Positions 1-13,955 of a stretch of 64,000 bases of DNA are shown here, piece after piece. The stretch is from Eledone cirrhosa (Eukaryota), in assembly GCA_964016885.1 (NCBI GenBank), contig OZ024741.1:89342001-89406000 (forward strand), given 5' to 3'. The position numbers and the translations under genes were made by a program. Numbering within the stretch: position 1 is the stretch's first letter; each line of letters starts with the position of its first letter. Under the pieces are notes generated by a model. That model was not told the origin of the DNA. It did no database searches and saw nothing but the letters and a program-made list of their open reading frames with translations.

Positions 1-241
1 AACTGCATCTAAAAAAAAGTGTAGACAATATTCCGTCGAATAAAAACGTTAAATTTTTTTACTTGCTTTCCCCACATCTTATTGAGTTGAGTCAGGTTTC
101 AGTCAGGTGATGCATCTGCTTTCAAAAAGTCAAAATCGCCTAGCTATAGATAGAAGAGGTGATTTACGACTCTCTCTAACGGCTTTCACACCAAACATTG
201 ACAAATTAGTAGCCTTGCATCAATCACAGGGATCTCATTAA
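1..241 (+). pseudogene. C-terminal remnant of a hAT (Charlie/Buster-type) transposase
   Basis: Manual translation of ~60-241 gives LLAFPTSY*VESGFSQVMHLLSKSQNRLAIDRRGDLRLSLTAFTPNIDKLVALHQSQGSH*, matching the typical Buster/Charlie C-terminus, with an internal stop. Confidence 0.75.
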
Positions 242-1249
242 AAACCGATTATTATATTCTTTGATTTGTAAATATAAATAAATGATTTGATATCTAAATT
301 CTATATTATTCTATTTGTTTGAAATGTTGTAATACATGCTTATGTTATTCTTGATACTCAGGTTTTTAACCTAATATTTAATTAAAAGTATAATTATGCA
401 TGAGTATATACACACAAATATATATATCTATATATTGTATGTATATATATATAAAAAAAAAAAAAATTTTTTATTTATGTTGTTACTTTTTATCATTAGT
501 CAATTTGGTATTTGCGACATTTCCTGAACTTTTGCTCTATGTTTTGTATTTCATCGATTATTTGACATGTTTTACATTCTTCGGTGTTGAATATCAAATC
601 AAGCAAATTGCATTATTCCAAGTGTGTCAATATAGTGCTCATTGTGGGTATGGTGTGGTGTGTAGTGGCCGGAGGCTGGGCGTGCTTGACTGGAAGCGTG
701 CTCGACCGGAAGGGCGAGCAGATGTGACATCAGCTTGAGAGGCCCCTTTCTCTTCTACGACGGTCATCAGACTGAGACAGACATGCGATCGGCGAGCTGG
801 ATTGTACACACGTGGAAGAGAGGAAAACCAGCCAATGACTTTGCCAGGACCAGAGAAATGCGGTAAGTGAAGTGGCTTTCTAATCACAAGCTATTTCGGC
901 ACTTAAAGACTTATAGAAAAAAAAAAGAGAAAAAGGAAAAACGAAGAATTTTTTTTTAAGACAAAGCCACTGGAAAACAGTGTCAATCTAGTGCTCATTA
1001 ACAAAACTTACAAAACTGGAGCAACAAAGAGGAGAGAAGCTAGACAAGCTGCCACGGAAGAATCTGCAAAGAAATGTCATCTAATCACAGTAGTGATGCA
1101 TCCCAAACGTAACTGCCGGAATTTCCGTTGAGTCGGTCTGGTCAGATGAACTGGAGAAACAGAAAAGCACTGGAGAGTCACGAGAACCTGACGTCGAAGA
1201 TGCCTCAGGTCCATCGACTATCTCAACAACCGTCGTAGTCACTGAAGAT

Positions 1250-3717
1250 GTGGTTCCAAATGGGGATCCAAACTCAATAGAGGGGAAAATGGCTGTATCG
1301 GAATCTGAAAATGAAAATGATTCAGAGGAAACTACATCGGCAAAACAAATCCCAGACTATGAGCCAGTAGAATGCATGTTGAATTTACAAGAGAAGTATC
1401 CAAGCAACCCGAAACATTTCGAGGACAGACCATTGACGACTCCTCTAATTCGCGCCCTCATGGCCGTTGGTCCTTGTCAGCCAGGATTGAAAGATAATTT
1501 TGCTGATTTCCCTCTCGACTCGAACCACAGAAAATTCAACATCAGTTGGGACAAGAGAAAGTGTGCTGGAATCCATAAAGTTGTCCGTCTAACCCATGCT
1601 AGCGTGGAAGAACGGACGTAAAACGGTGATGATAATGATGACCGACACTGGTTAGTATACTCTACTGAATCCAACAGACTATATTGCTTTTGTTGTTGGC
1701 TGTTTGCTGATAAAAATGCCGAATCTTACTCGAAGACTTGGGGTAATCCAGAGTATGGGATGGCAAACTTCAAAAAGGGAATCAAAAAAATTGCCAAGCA
1801 TGAGAAAAGTGCCATTCACATCAATGCACAAAAGCAATACTTCATGACAAAATATCGTTTGGACGCAGATAAAACAGTGATCGATAACCTCATCCATGAA
1901 GAGAAGAAGCGAATTGAATGAAATCGCCAGATATTGAGGCGATTACTTGATTGTACGTTATTTCTCGCAAAACAAGGCCTGGCCTTCAGAGGTCATAGGG
2001 AATATGCTGGACTTGGCGCCAAATCAGAAAATGAAGGAAACTTTATTGAATTGTTGAAATTGATGGCCAAGTATGATACGATCTTGGAAAGCCATTTATT
2101 CTCGCCTGGGCGCACTAAAAGACAGCCTATGTACTTAAGTCCAAAATTACAAAACGAATTCATAGAATGCCTGGCAAACGAATGTACTCAACAATCACGG
2201 AAGTGAAAGCGGCAAAATACTATTCAGTCATCGTCGATTCCATAATAGACATTTCGCATCAGGATCAATGCTCTGTGTCACTGCGATATGTATAAAAAAG
2301 TGGCCATGCACAGGAGCATTTCCTGTCGTTTTGTGAACTAGAATCAGCAGCCACTGAATCATTTTACGATACGCTTGTGAAAGTTCTTTTCCAGGATCTA
2401 TCCTTGGATGCTCAATATATTAGGGGACAAGCTTACGACGGAGCGTCGAATATGTCCGGCCTTATTTCTGGGCTTCAGGCTAGAGTTAAAGAGGGATGCT
2501 CTTCAAAAGTTGTTTACGTCCATTGTTGCGCTCATAACCTGAACCTGGTGTTAATCGATGCTAGCCAATCGTCAGTGGATGGTAAATTATTTTTTGGTAT
2601 ATTGGAGAGCCTGTATGTTTTCTTAACATCAAGCTTGCCAAGGCTAAAAATCCTCGAAGAAGAACAAGAAAAACTATTGACTTCAACGGTATTAACATTA
2701 AAAAGACTCTCAGATACCCGCTGGTTTAGTCACATTCAGGCTGTAGAGGCTACCATTAACAACTTACTGGCAGTAATAAGTGCATTAGAAAGGATAATAA
2801 GTGGGAATGTTCACAACACTGCTCCGAAAGTATTAGCCGAGGCCAGAGGTTTGCTACTAAATGTGAGCAAGTTTGAATTCATTTTCATGTTGAAGTTTTT
2901 TCAGAATTTACTTAAAAAGCTGCATTCTGTTTCACAATATTTGCAGAAGGAGGCTATCGACTTATATTCCATGGACGTCATGATTAAAAGTGTAATAAAA
3001 GAAATTGAAAACATCCACTCAAATGAATATTTTGACCGAACATTATCAGACGCTAAAAATCTCGCCGAGCAATGTCAAGTTGAACCAGAGTTTACAACAG
3101 AAAAACGGAAAAGAAAAAAGAAGTGTTTTCATGACGAAAATGCCAGTGACGAACCTCATGAGACGCATTTTAAATGGGACGTTTATTTCACTATCTTAGA
3201 TGGAATCATTAGTAGCTTTAACGAACGTTTTGCCGACTTGCACTATCTAGTGAAGGATTTTTCGTGCTTGATACCGGCGCACTTCGACGACGACGACACA
3301 TGCAATAGAGAGAGAATCGATAATCTTGTGAAATTCTACGAGGGTGACATCGAAAATGAGACTATCTTCGACGAGTATTTATCATTCAAAGATTTTTACA
3401 AGGAAGTGTGTTTAGATAAATCCATATCGAGTTCTGAGATCATTCCGTTTCTGATTTCTAATGACTTAGATAGAGCCTATCCGAACATGTTTGCCTTATA
3501 CAAAATGTTCATAACTATTCCGGTTAGCTCAGCGCAGGCTGAGCGAACCTTCATCAGGCTCAAACTGATAAAGAATTATTTGCGTAGTACCATGAGTGAA
3601 GAGCGGTTGAATGCTCTGGCAATGATGTACATAGAGCGAGAACTGGCTGAAAAAATTGACTTCAGCATCGTGAGTGAAAAATTTTCTAAAGTAAAACATC
3701 GCAAATTAGAACTGTAG
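1250..3717 (+). pseudogene. hAT transposase (ZMYM1-like: TTF zinc finger, DUF4371, hAT dimerisation domain), frameshifted
   Basis: WLVYSTESNRLYCFCCWLF (~1648-1705); FLAKQGLAFRGHRE and GNFIELL (ORF 1934); GQAYDGASNMSG, HCCAHNLNL, LSDTRW, PVSSAQAERTF and LIKNYLRSTMSEERLNALA (ORF 2377-3717). Split across frames. Confidence 0.9.
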
Positions 3718-3910
3718 AACAAGTGATGTGCTCGAATGTGAAAGTAAAGTTTTAGATGGACGATTTGTTGTACATACGAATTTTTGTTGGTGAATAAAAC
3801 TAGTTTTATAGGATGTTGTTTTTTTTCTGAAGATAGACCACCGTCTTCGCAGTTAATAAAGTTTTCACGGAACATGCTAACTCTGTAATCTATGATGCTG
3901 TCTACTCTAT

Positions 3911-4805
3911 TCATCATCATCATCATCATCATCGTTTAACGTCCGTGTTCCACGCTTGCATGGGTTTGGATGGGGGTTTTCCCACTTGAGGCAAGAGTGG
4001 TTATCTTGCTCGCATAGGACTATCTGGCGGGTTTTCTACAGCTGGATGCCCTTCCTAACACCAACCACATTTACAGTGTGGGGCTGGGAGGTTTTTACCA
4101 TGTTGCCTACACGGCCACATTACAGCGTGAACTGTGTGTTTTTTTGACGTGACACCTACACGATCTCATTTGTTTCGGCCTGGATGTTGTGGCACCAACA
4201 TAACTTTACATTGAAAGGGGCGGTGTGGATGGGGTGGGGGTGGTGGGACGGGGGTGTATTTTGTTAGAGATGCCTACTGACTGTAGTAGGTTTTACTTCG
4301 TATTTAGCTAAGGCGGGTCTTCTCTATTACTGAGTACCGCCAAAGGTCTCGGTCCAGTGACATTGTCTTGGAGAGGTGTAAGTGTGTGAGGTTGGAATTT
4401 ATCAGCTCGTCCCAGGTTTTTCTGGGTCTGCCTATTCCGTGGCTACCGTCTATCTTTATTGCCCTGCACTTTGTTATACAGCTATCGTCCTTCATGCGCA
4501 TCACGTGACCATACCAACGTAGCCTTCTCTCGAGTAAACAACATCTGATCCCTCTTATTTCTAATTTTTTCCTTAGTTCGTTTATGCTTTGCCGTTCACG
4601 TATATTACTATTACACATCCAGCGGAGCATGCAAGCTTCGTTTCTCTCTAGTCTGCGTATATCCTCTGCACACAATGCCCAGGTCTCACTGCCATGCAAC
4701 ATTGCTGTTCGTATGCAGGCATCGTACAACCTGCCTTTCATTTTTAGGGAGAACCCTTTAGCGGCTAATAGCGGTATAAGCTCTCTGAACTTTTTCCATC
4801 CATAA
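3911..4805 (-). mobile_element. 5'-truncated RTE-clade LINE, 3' end with (ATG)n tail
   Basis: ORF 4304-4741 has LHGSETWAL, RRLRWYGHVMRM and GRPRKTW, typical of the RTE RT C-terminus. (CAT)n tract at 3912-3933. Confidence 0.85.
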
Positions 4806-4890
4806 ATTATTATCTATTCTATATGCGTGTATGAACATATTTCCTTGCAGCCGATGGAAATGAGCGTATGGAATTGGTGGGCCCCCTTTA

Positions 4891-4999
4891 GATCGAATTT
4901 GCCGAAGTTAACTTTGCCTTTCATCCTTACGGGGTTGATAAAATAAAGTACCAGTAATGTACTGGGTATTTGCTGGCCTTGTGCCTAAAATAGAAACAG
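4891..4999 (+). mobile_element. Partial tRNA-derived SINE (Meta-like central domain)
   Basis: Shares GTTAACTTTGCCTTTCATCCTTACGGGGT..ATAAAATAAAGTACCAG with ~20 other copies in the window. Confidence 0.8.
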
Positions 5000-5020
5000 T
5001 TATTTTAATAAAGCATATCA

Positions 5021-5420
5021 ATGTAAGTGAAGTTACTTAAATGAAAATATAGGTGGCCCTTAAAAGGGCCAAATTAGACAACAAGTCATGGTTATCAAAT
5101 AAATTGGATTTAATCATTTATATTTTCATAGTCATGGTTATCAATTTCATGTATAGGGTTGGTGAAAAAAATTTGATAACCATATATTTGTTTTCTAATT
5201 TGGCCATTTTAAGGGCTACCTATATTTTCATTTAAGTTAACTCCACTGTTGGTGAAAATGACTTGTTTTCTACATTGATAACCATGACTATGAAAATATA
5301 AATGATTAAATCCAATTTATTTGATAACCATGACTTGTTTTCTAATTAACTTAAATTTGTTTTCTAATTTGGCTCTTTTAAGGGCCACCTATATTTTCAT
5401 TTAAGTAACTCCACTTACAT
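5021..5420. mobile_element. MITE/foldback element with long terminal inverted repeats
   Basis: 5021-~5145 is the reverse complement of ~5274-5420 (ATGTAAGTG..GGTGGCCCTTAAA..CATGGTTATCAA). An internal partial duplication lies at ~5185-5245. Confidence 0.7.
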
Positions 5421-5421
5421 C

Positions 5422-6129
5422 TATAACGGCGGCGAAGATTCAAAACCGAATCTGAGCTTTCCCGCCTCTGGGACAAGCAGTGGTAAGTTGTTTACGCTCA
5501 AGAGACTAACCCCTTTGGGAGAGGCTAAACACAGGTCAGAGGATATATGCATCTTTCTGACTTGTTTATGCTTGGCAAACTAACCCTTGGGAGACTAACC
5601 AAAGTTCAGAGGATATATCTATTTTTCTAACTTCAACTCTTATAAATACAGGGGTTGTTTACGCCCCGCCAGAAAAGAAGTGATATACAGACAAGACAAG
5701 TCACATTTACGAGCTCTAGTTGCGAAAAACCAGTCTGCCACTTATTCTCACCTTCCTCGCTGATCGCTGACTCCTACTGTCATACAAACAAGCAAATATA
5801 CTGATATGCACACACGCATTCATAGTGAGTTCAGTATTTATACACGCACCATTTCTGTTTACACATATTGTATCATTCTGATACAGTACAAATTATATTA
5901 TAATCGTATTCTGTGATACTTGAATTTACATGGCTCGAAGAGCCACCAAATTATTGTATGAATTTTTTGTGTTATTGATTTTATCATTCAATATTCAAAT
6001 TGAATATTGTTATAATAAAATAAACTTTGTAACAACACAATCCTGGTATTTTTCTTTACATTGAAACCATCATACCAACAATTCATTCTCTCCACTCATC
6101 GTTACAACCACACATAATATTCCGTTACA
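5422..6129 (+). repeat. 5' LTR
   Basis: Ends CCGTTACA. TATAACGG at 5422 is its near-inverse (expected TGTAACGG). Only 5658-6129 is mirrored in the 3' LTR, so the start is inferred. Confidence 0.75.
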
Positions 6130-6131
6130 AC

Positions 6132-6142
6132 TGGTGACCCTG
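6132..6142 (+). promoter_or_regulatory. Primer-binding site, tRNA-Trp type
   Basis: TGGTGACCCTG lies 2 nt after the LTR, one mismatch from TGGTGACCCCG, the complement of the tRNA-Trp 3' end. Confidence 0.7.
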
Positions 6143-6182
6143 TAAAACAGACACACAACCTTCTGATCATCCACTACAAACG

Positions 6183-7063
6183 ATGTCTCTAGCACACGAT
6201 GATTCATCTACGGCAGAAATGGCAGTCTGGGCGGCATTTACATTAAGAATTCCACCATTCTGGGTGCACGATCCAACACTGTGGTTCGCGCACATCGAAG
6301 CACAGTTCGCATTGAACCGGATCGTTAGCGAGGCATCCCGTCTCACACATGTCATTGGTTTGATGTCTCCGGAGATTATGAATGAGGTTTGAGACCTCAT
6401 TTTAGCACCACCCGGCTCTGTGTCATATGACACATTTAAAACAACATTAATTAAGCGGACGTCGGAGTCGCAGCAGAAGCGTTTGCACCAGCTCCTCATA
6501 TCGGAGGAATTGGGAGATAAAAAGCCAACGCAACTCCTACGGCGAATGAAGCAGCTCCTGGGAGAACATAACTCCTGGATGAAATTTTCAAGCAACTCTT
6601 CCTCCAGTGTTTGCCTTCTGCCACACAAGTTGTACTAGCATCCACCAGGGAGTCCACCACCATAGAAGAACTCGCCGAGCTGGCAGATAAGATCATGGAG
6701 GTACCACATCCGCACTCAACTTTAGTGAATGTGACACCAGCCGTGCCTCCCACCAATCCTTTCCTTCAGCCCCCCGGTGCCACAGAGATGCCCGATCTAC
6801 ACCAGTTACTGGCACAGCAAGCAACACAGATACAGGCCTTGACACAACAAATTCAGGCCTTGTCACTGGGCAACCCTGCCACGCGTTGGTCCAACAGTCG
6901 AACTCGCCGATTTGGTGGTCGCTCAAGAAGTCCGAGCGCATCTCGGGATTCACCAGAAATGTGTTGGTACCACCAAAGATTTAGGAGACGAGCGCAAAAT
7001 TGCAGCCATCCCTGTTCATTTGTTTCGAAAACGAATCAGGGAAACGACACAGCCAGAAACTGA
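6183..7063 (+). pseudogene. Gypsy gag (stop and frameshift)
   Basis: IPPFWVHDPTLWFAHIEAQF, LGDKKPTQLLRRM, LAELADKI and CWYHQRF..AQNCSHPC spread over three ORF pieces. Confidence 0.9.
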
Positions 7064-7089
7064 ATGCTACGGACGTTTCTGGCCCTCAT

Positions 7090-10000
7090 AACCAAAGTCG
7101 CCTATTTTTTATTCAGGATCGCGTCACAGGCACGTGTTTCCTGGTCGACACCGGTGCTGAAGTCAGCATCATCCCGGTTTCCTGCGTTCCTGGAAAAAGG
7201 AAAAAGGAGAGAGACACCAGCCTGGCTCCAGGTGGTGAATCACTCACATATTCCGACCTACGGAGAACAGTCCCTGATACTAAATTTGGGACTACGCCGC
7301 ACTTTCCAGTGGGTATTCGTTGTGGCTAAGCTGTCGACCCCTATTTTAGGAGCTGATTTTCTTCAGCACTTCTCGCTGCTAGTGCATCTGAAAAACCAAC
7401 GACTCGTTGACAACTCCACTGGTCTCGCTGTCAGTCCAGTCATTTCACGATCGACAACAACAACCCGGCACAACTACATCATCAACAAATACCCAGACGT
7501 AGCTCGACCACTATTCAACGCTTGCCCTGTAAAACATGACGTCACACACCACATAAAAACACGGCCCACCTGTTGCTGCATGACCTAGAAGGCTACCACC
7601 AGACCGGCTGAAGTCCGTCAAACAAGAATTTCAGCACATGCTGGATCTCGGCATCATACGTCTGTCCAGCAGCAACTGGTCCTCACCCATACACTGTGTA
7701 CCCAAGAAGTCGTCGAACGACTGGCGAATCTGTGGCAACTACTGTGCACTGAACAACTGCACTGTTCCTGATTCTTATCCAGTGCCTCATCTACAGGACT
7801 TCTCTAGCTTGCTGCACGGGGCTCGCATATTTTCGAAGATCGATCTTGTGCGAGCTTACAATCAGATACCCATTGAGCCCGCAGATATTCCAAAGACCGC
7901 AGTCACAACACCCTTTGGAATGTTCGAATTTCTGCGTATGCCTTTCAGTTTGCGAAATGCAGCGCAGACATTCCAGCGATTCATCGATACAGTCACCAGA
8001 GGTCTACCTTTTGTATACGCATACATTGACGACTTACTGGTGGCCAGCAGCTCCGATGAAGACCATGAGAAACACCTGGATCTCCTATTCACACGTTTGC
8101 GTGAATACGGAATTGTTATCAACCCCAGCAAATGTGAGTTCGGAGTTGCGTCCCTTCATTTTCTGGGACACATCATTGACAAAGATGGTATTCGCCCACT
8201 TAAGGAGAAAGTCAAATCCATCATTGATTTTCCACAACCTACATCTCTCCGCAAACTGCAAGAATTTCTTGGCCTGGTAAACTTCTACAGAAGATTTATA
8301 CCCCACTGTGCAGAGACAGCCCAACCACTCACAGATTTGCCGCGGCAGCGTACAACCAAAAACGCAAACATCAATCTCAGCGAAAAAGAATGTACCGCTT
8401 TCGCTGAGTTGAAGAAAATGTCCGAGGCTACAATGCTGAGTTACCCCAAACCTGACGCCCCAATGTGTTTATTGACTGATGCATCCGATTTCGGAGTTGG
8501 AGGTGTGCTTCAACAACTCTCTGGCGATATTTGGCGACCTGTATCTTTTTTCTCTAAGCGATTAAAACCCGCCGAAACTAAGTACAGCACATTCAGTCGT
8601 GAATTATTGGCAGCATACCTTGCTGTCAAGCATTTTCGACACATGCTAGAAGGTCGTGTGTTCTCTATATACACCGACCACAAACCACTAGTGTACGCGT
8701 TCAACGCCAAGCCTGACCGACACTCACCCAAGGAGGTCCGACATCTGGACTTCATTTCTCAGTACACTACTGATATTCGGTACATTAAGGGTGCTAGCAA
8801 CTCAGCAGCTGATGCCCTATCGCGCATGGAGCTTAACGCAATCCACACCACTGCCACTATCGTCCTCCAGAGGATTGCAGCGGATCAACAGAATGACGAG
8901 GAACTGCTGCAACTCCGGAAATCATCCTTGAAATTGAAGGAATGCCCTCTTCTTCGGGTTATATTTGATGCAACATCTCCACAGGACATGAGCGCCCATA
9001 CGTGCCCCGGAAACATCGACGCAACGTTTTCTCGGCACTGCATTCTCTGGCACATCCTGGCGTCCGCGCCACGCAGAAACTGATGGTTGCCCGCTTTGTG
9101 TGGCCCAACATCAACAAGGACACCCGCGAATGGGCTAGGAACCGTATCACGTGCCAGACGGCGAAAATTCACCGGCACATCAAAGCCCCCATCGGTTCTT
9201 TCGCAACACCTGATGCACGGTTCCAACATGTGCATATAGACATCGTTGGACCTTTGCCTCCTTCTCACAAATACACTCATCTTCTCACCTGTGTCGATCG
9301 ATTTTATCGCTGGCCAGAAGCTTTTCCTCTGACGGATATTACTGCGGAAACTGTCGCCAAAACGCTAGTGTTTCACTGGGTTTCGCGTTTCGGCACACCC
9401 GCGACCATCACTACGGATAGAGGACGTCAGTTCGATTCGCACCTATTTACCGAGCTGACTCGTCTCCTCGGGTGCAAACACATCCGTACAACAGCGTATC
9501 ACCCTGCCGCTAACGGCATGGTAGAACGCTTCCACCGCCAGCTAAAAGCATCTATCAAGGCTTACGAAGACTCCACTAACTGGTTTGAATACCTCCCACT
9601 CATTCTTCTTGGTATTCGTTCCACTGTTAAGGAGGGAGTCGCACATTCTCCGGCTGAAATGTTGTATGGCACCGTACTCACTCTACCCGGACAAATGATC
9701 GCTCCTGTTTCGCCACAAGAACTTCCAGACCCAACAAAATATGTGCACCGTTTACGGTCATCGATGTCGCATCTGTCTCCTTCAGCCCCTAAACAACAGC
9801 ACGTTACTTCCCACATACCAAAAGACATCGATACATGGACGCATATTTTCGTTAGAAATGACGGTATTCCATCGCAACTTCGTCCGCCGTATTCCGGGCC
9901 CTATCAGGTGATACAGAAACGCCCTAAGTATTTCGTCCTCGACTTGAATGGGAAACGAAATACCGTCTCCATTGATCGTTTAAAAAAAGCGTTCATAGAA

Positions 10001-10186
10001 CAGGAATTGCCACCAGTACCCACCGTTTCTCCAGCAGACTCACCACCAACTTTGCCCGACACAAACACGACAAATTCTGCACAACCCCGACACACCAAAT
10101 CTGGAAGAACAGTCCGATGGCCCACGCGATACGTACAAGTTTATCGGGTAAGTACAAATTATGCATCTGGTCGACATTTTGGCTAA
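7090..10186 (+). pseudogene. Gypsy pol: protease, RT, RNase H, integrase (frameshifted)
   Basis: FLVDTGAEVS (protease); KIDLVRAY and YAYIDDLL (RT); TDASD, RELLA and YTDHKPL (RNase H); [24 protein letters not shown] and PYSGPY (integrase). Confidence 0.95.
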
Positions 10187-10281
10187 TTTGTACATTTCAA
10201 CGAATCGGCCAATTTCTGTGGTCATGAACTATTGCTACACACAAATCAATTAACTCTGTGCATCACCCACATGAAAAGAAC

Positions 10282-10744
10282 TTTACGTCCCGAGAAAAAA
10301 GAAGTGATATACAGACAAGACAAGTCTCATTTACAAGCTCTCGTCACGAAAAACCAGTCTGCCACTTATTCTCACCTTCCTGGCTGATCGCTGACTCCTA
10401 CTGCCATACAAACAAGCAAATATACTGATATGCACAAACGCATTCATAGCGAGTTCAGTATTTCTGTTTACACATATTGTACCTTTCTGATACAGTACAA
10501 ATTATATTATAATCGTATTCTGTGATACTTGAATTTACGTGGCTCGAAGAGCCACCAAATTATTGTATGAATATTTTGTGTTATTGATTTTATCATTCAA
10601 TATTCAAATTGAATATTGTTATAATAAAATAAACTTTGTAACAACACAATCCTGGTATTTTTCTTTACACATCGAAACCACCATAACAACAGTTACATCC
10701 ATCCATTCACTTATCGTTACAACCACACATAATATTCCGTTACA
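10282..10744 (+). repeat. 3' LTR (5' part and polypurine tract apparently missing)
   Basis: Highly similar to 5658-6129. No polypurine tract and no counterpart to 5422-5657. Confidence 0.85.
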
Positions 10745-12104
10745 CACACACACATATATAGGATAAGAAGATATCGTTTACAGGGTATCAGACTCTACTA
10801 CTTTGTAATGTCATTCTTATCAATTTCCTTTTATATTTAATCACACTATTTTAATCCTTTTTGGTTTCTTATTTCATATTCTTAATATTTTTCTTTTCGT
10901 AATAAATTGTTTTACCTTTATCATTATATAAAGTAGGTAATGTTCGCTACCAGGAAACAAAAACAAAAGCTTGTTTTCAAAATTCAAATCGGTGGTTTTG
11001 GTGTCACCGTTACAATTTATGAGAGCTCATGTGTTAGATGTAAACAGTGGAATCGGTTCTCCAAGGTATTTTCTAGCAGTGAGTAGCTGATAGAACAGGA
11101 TAAAAAAAAAAGAAAGATATAAACGAGATATTGGGACTCATCGTCAGTGTCAGATCAGGTAAATACGGGGCCTGAAGCCTATTCTATAAAGAGACACTAA
11201 ATTTTCTAAAAAAAAAAAAGCATAGTAATATAGTATAAAGTACCTTACACAGGGACGGTATAATAGAACTTAGTGTGGGGAGCGTGAACATATGGGGCCC
11301 GTAGCAAATGCTACTCTTGCTACCAGGTTAATCCAGGACTAAATTATATTTAAAAAATAAACATCTATGTTTATCATCAAATTATTTTGCACATTAATAC
11401 AGAAACCTTCTAGATATCTCATCGCACGCATGGACGTGTTTAATTTAATACATTTGTAGAGAAATTTAAAACGATTTCACAGAATAAAAAAAAAAAGGCA
11501 TAAAGCAACATGAATAGATGTCTATGATATTATAAATGAATTGATTATTGTATAGAAGTAGGTAGAATTATAAATGTTTTACCTGTTACTGTAGAATTAT
11601 AAATATTTACAAGTCAGCGAATATACAAACCTCAGGTTCACGTTTGCAGCCGCAGTTTCGTCTTCAAAACTTTTAAAGTACATGAAAAAAAATTAAAACA
11701 TGGAATACTTTAATATAAAACATACACACAAATAATACATACAATACTTAATTACATAAAGTATTCTTTTCTAAAGACAATAAATATGTAAATACAAATA
11801 CCATATAGGGATATATCAGATGAAAGAATGGTATTCAACTAATGTTTTGGTACGCGATGGGGCTCACCCACAGCCCCGGCGGACAGAATGGAGAAGGCGT
11901 TTCCCTATTTTACATAAAAATATAGAATTAAAACGAAAGAAAATATTAATTCAACCCTGTGTCAATCGGTCACACACCACATATGATATAAACATAATAC
12001 AGTCGAGTCCGCTTAAGAGTATACCCTCGGGAATGGAAAATAGTATACACTTAACCGGACTAAGTAAAAATATTCCATGGTATTATTATTTTGTCTTATT
12101 ATAC

Positions 12105-12222
12105 AGTCTGAGTTCAAATCCCGCCGAGGTTAACTTTGCCTTTCATCCTTACGGGGTCGATAAAATAAAGTACCAGTAATGTACTGGATATTTGCTGGCC
12201 TTGTGCCTAAAGTAGAAACAAT
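12105..12222 (+). mobile_element. SINE fragment inserted in the Tigger element
   Basis: B-box GAGTTCAAATCCC followed by the shared central domain. Confidence 0.85.
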
Positions 12223-12574
12223 TATTATTTTGAGTCTTTCAATGATTAAAAATCGCTTTATTATTGTTTAAAATGCATTTATGAGTAAGAAAAAAAATGA
12301 AAGTTACACCAAAAAATTCAACAAGAATTATTGCAAATTATAGATAAATTAAGCAATATTTCAACATATTGGTATGCAATTTATATTTCTTAAAAATAGT
12401 CAAATGCTTTTTTGCACTCGATTGCTCGCAATGTTTTTTTCAATCAAAACCTCAATCTCAGACAGAGTATAATTTTCAAAATTTTCAAACGATTGCATCA
12501 TATAGGATCGTACAGTCAACAAAGCATTTATTCCTTCTTTTACAGAGATCTAAAATATTGATAAATGATTAAAG

Positions 12575-13955
12575 TTATGTTAGGTACCTATGGACATTCA
12601 TATTATAAATATAAAAATAATACATACTAACCTTTCTAGTTAATTCGGTTTCAATATAATCTACTTCTTCCTCCTCTTCTATTATCATGCGCTCGTTTTG
12701 AACTTCCAAACATATTTCAGCATCAGTTAAATCACCATAGCACAGCTCGCTAACATCACAATCGATGAATTCGGGTTCCAATTGAGGAATATTGGCATCA
12801 TCACTTTCAATTAATAGTACATCGTTCAACTGGACTTCAATTTCATTGTGAAAACCCACTTTTTTGAAGCAATTGACAATCGTCGTGGGTTTGAGAAGAA
12901 AAAGAGAGCGCTTCAACATTTGCATAGACAAAAGAACATGAACAGATTTTTCAAATTCAGTTATGCTCTTTCCATTTTTCTATTGCCACCAATAACTTTC
13001 GCACAATTTGTGTACGATAATGCACTTTCACAGCACGTATTATCCCCTTATCAAGGGGCTGAATTAACGAGGTCGTATTTGGAGGTAAAAATACGATTTT
13101 TACGTTTTCAAAATGATTTTCAATTTTATGACAGCTTGCATTGTCTGCAAAAATGACTTTTCGTTTTTGGCCACGCATTTTTTTGTCAAATTGTGCAATA
13201 ATTTCCAGCCAAATGTTTTTCGTCATCCAAGCTTTTGAATTACTGTAATAGAGGTGCTTTTTTATTCAGCATACAACGAGGTCGTTGAAATTTTCCCATG
13301 ACAAAAGCGTGTTTTTCAGTTCCATCGGAATTGACTGCTAAGAGAATGGTGAGTCTGTCTTTTGCGGTTTTTCTACCCGTTGAATTTGTTCCGGAGACAT
13401 CTAGTGTACCAGATGGAAGTGCTTTAAAAAAAAGACCAGATTCATCGAAATTATACACATCCTTTGGTGAATAGCCGTCAATTTCCTTGGTATAAATTGT
13501 TTCTATCCAATGTTTGGCACTTAAGTGATCAGCGACAGCTCTTTCACCATGCACTTACATGAATTTTATATTTTCGCGCTTTTTAAGTCTCTCTAACCAA
13601 CCATGAGATGGTTCAAAATCGGGAATTCCCAAAGTTTGTGCAAATATTTTTGCCTTTTCAAGCATCATAGTACCGTTGAACGGAACATTTTGACTTCTCA
13701 TTTGGTGAAACCATTTTATGAGTGCATCTTCCAATCCTTGATGATCAACTGATCTTCTACGTTTTGCATCCAAATTCACATTTGATAGAGCCAATTTTCG
13801 ATATTTTTTCTCGTTTTTTTTTTTTTAATTCTGGAGATGGCTGCTTGACTGCAATTGAATTTATTTGACAATTCATTTTGTGACTTGGCAGATTTCAATT
13901 CATCCAAAATAGCAATTTTTTGAGTAATAGATAAAGCAGAGCGTTTCAAAGACAT
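12575..13955 (-). pseudogene. Tigger/pogo transposase (CENP-B HTH + DDE_1), frameshifted
   Basis: Start MSLKRSALSITQK at 13955; LEDALIKWF, FEPSHGWLERLKKR, VYNFDESGLF, KTAKDRLT, DNASCH and FLPPNTTSLIQPLDKGII. Confidence 0.92.

Larger units (their letters stand above)
5422..10744 (+). mobile_element. Ty3/Gypsy LTR retrotransposon, near full length, decayed
   Basis: Direct repeats ~5658-6129 and ~10282-10744 both end in CCGTTACA. A PBS follows the 5' LTR. Domain order is gag-PR-RT-RNaseH-IN. Confidence 0.95.

Noticed and set aside
2377-3717. Host ZMYM1 gene
   Set aside because: Intronless, frameshifted upstream and lacking MYM fingers; this fits a decayed hAT transposase.
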